From Leucoraja ocellata (taxonomy: Eukaryota), in NCBI GenBank assembly GCA_036785375.1, contig JAWMAR010000137.1, positions 1,736,001 to 1,800,000 of the forward strand: 64,000 bases of DNA, in the 5' to 3' direction. The position numbers were made by a program, and so were the translations under genes. Shown in pieces: positions 62,275-64,000 of this stretch (position 1 is its first letter; every line of letters starts with the position of its first letter). The notes beneath the pieces are model-generated. The model was given only the letters and a program-made list of their open reading frames with translations, did no database searches and was not told the origin of the DNA.

Positions 62275-62290
62275 TGAGTGCAGGGCCAAC

Positions 62291-62418
62291 AATCCATTTC
62301 AATCCATTTCAAGTCAAGTCAATCCACTTCAAGTCAAGTCAATCCATTTCAAGTCAAATCAAGTAAAGTCAAGTCAATCCAAGTCAAGTCAAGTTAAGTC
62401 AAGTCAATCCATTTCAAG
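62291..62418. repeat. (AAGTC)n / AATCCATTTC compound repeat inside the Helitron
   Basis: Read directly. Confidence 0.9.
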
Positions 62419-63354
62419 GGCAGGCCAAACAACTCATGGCATTGTCATTTCATTTCCAATTTTGCATTGTAGTTTCAAGCACAGGCAGGGCATTGTCATT
62501 AAGAAGCTAACAAATCATTTATTGCAAGTACATTGCAGACTCACAGTTCAGTTGATTCACAGCTTAGAATTACAGTGTTGACTCTCCCTCGCGATTTTCC
62601 AGAATGAGTGGCTCATGTCCAGGCATTAGGGGTTTTATAGTCCTGCCCCCCGCCCCCGGAAGGGACGTTACCTTCATCATGGTGATTGACAGGTGAGAGA
62701 ACCAATCAGCTGATCTCAAGATTTTTTAAATACTCATAACTTTTTTATTTTTCATCGATCGGAAAAATCCTCAGGGCTGCCTCAGCGGAGGAGGACTGTG
62801 AATAAGATGGCTAAAAATCATAGTGATATACGTTAGTGTTTTTTCGAAAATCAATATACAGCACAGACAGGAAGTGGTCAAGATGAGACTTTTAGTTATA
62901 TAGATGTGATGAATAAAAACTGATTGATTGATTGATTGGTTTTAAGTTAAGTATTTCTCTTGCATGCACAGAATCAACGGCCATACAGCACAGAACTGGG
63001 CATTTCCCCATCATGTCCATGCCCATCATCACATCTTTATCGATACAGTCCCATTCTGCAAACAATTAAGTCCCCCATATTTTCTGCTTGCTGATTCAAG
63101 TGCGTGTCTTTTCAAATGTTGCAAGGGTCTCTATCTCCCCCCTCCCCTCTTCCCCAGGCAGAATCTCATCATTCATGCTACTCTGGAATTCTCAAAGTTA
63201 GAGAGGATTTATCCCACACCTAATGTTACCCAAACACTCTTTCTCTCCCCCATTGCAATGTTCTGTCAACTTGGCAAAAGCAAGCTCTATCAGTTTGGAA
63301 GCAAATCTGCTGAGAACTGAATGAGGAAAAAGCATCCCAGCCTCTAGAACATTT

Positions 63355-63640
63355 AGAACATAGACAGCACAACAGAGAGACAGGCTAATCGCTCACAATG
63401 TCCGTGCATAACATGACGTCAAGTTGAACTAATCGCCTGTGCCTGCACGTGATTATGTCCCTCCATTCCCTGCAATTCATGTGCCTATCTAAAGACATTT
63501 TAATTGCCATCGTCACGTCTGCATTCCTAAGCAGTGTGCTCCAGGCATCCATTAGTCTCTCTGTAAGTAAACCTGCCCCACCCATCTCCTTTCATTTATG
63601 TCCCTCTCACCTTAAACAAATGGCTTCCACTCTTTGACAT
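63355..63640 (-). mobile_element. Old CR1 3' fragment
   Basis: Colinear with 33128-33300 and 33590-33720. Confidence 0.65.
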
Positions 63641-63641
63641 T

Positions 63642-64000
63642 TCAAGATTTAAGATTCAAGATTCAAGATTCAATTTATTTGTCATTTGGACCCCTTGAGG
63701 TCCAAACGAAATGACGTTTCTGCAGCCATACATTACAAACAAATAGACCCAAGACACAACACAGTTACACAAACATCCATCACATTGCTGTGATGGAAGG
63801 CCAAAAAAACTTATCTCTCCACTGCACTCCCCCCCACCCCCCCCCCCGATGTCAGAGTCAAAGTCAAAGCCCCCGGCTGGCGATGGCGATTTTCCCGCGG
63901 CCATTAAAGCCACGCCGGGTGATGCAAGGTCGCACACCGGGTCTTGTTGTTAGAGCCCCCGGCGTGCACTCGCAAAGTCCCGCGGCCATTCCAAGCCGCG
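63642..64000 (-). mobile_element. GC-rich non-coding retroposon, 3' part (runs off the window)
   Basis: Reverse-complement homologue of ~24805-25160; (TCTTGAA)n tail. Confidence 0.8.

Larger units (their letters stand above)
61515..62904 (-). mobile_element. Complete non-autonomous Helitron, copy 2
   Basis: Minus strand A|TC...CTAA|T with no TSD. An 8-bp-stem hairpin TGGGACCC-gtt-GGGTCCCA (61525-61543) lies ~10 nt from the 3' end. Confidence 0.85.

Overview
Repeat-dense eukaryotic, non-genic (intronic or intergenic) DNA. The repeat families (HE1-type V-SINEs, HER1/CR1 LINEs, Deu-domain SINEs, Penelope-like elements) point to a cartilaginous fish, probably a skate or ray; this is an inference. 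I recognise no host protein-coding exon: every recognisable ORF is a transposon relic (CR1, L2, Rex/Babar and Tx1-like RT, Penelope RT/GIY-YIG, Tc1 DD34E transposase). The top observation is a ~155-bp SINE-like retroposon in two TSD-flanked copies (2770-2925 +, 57536-57689 -). It consists of a minimal 54-nt HDV-like ribozyme fold fused to a (GAA)n LINE tail, and one copy starts exactly at the predicted self-cleavage site. Also notable: hammerhead-like motifs in the many Penelope terminal repeats; a non-autonomous Helitron (two copies) with a Pol II promoter-like cassette and a nested Harbinger-type MITE; a Tc1 nested in another Tc1; a CR1 with twin-priming inversion geometry; and a Penelope insertion that copied 48 bp of nearby DNA. 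All analysis was by eye. Family names come from recalled consensus features, not database searches, and the ends of old fragments are approximate.
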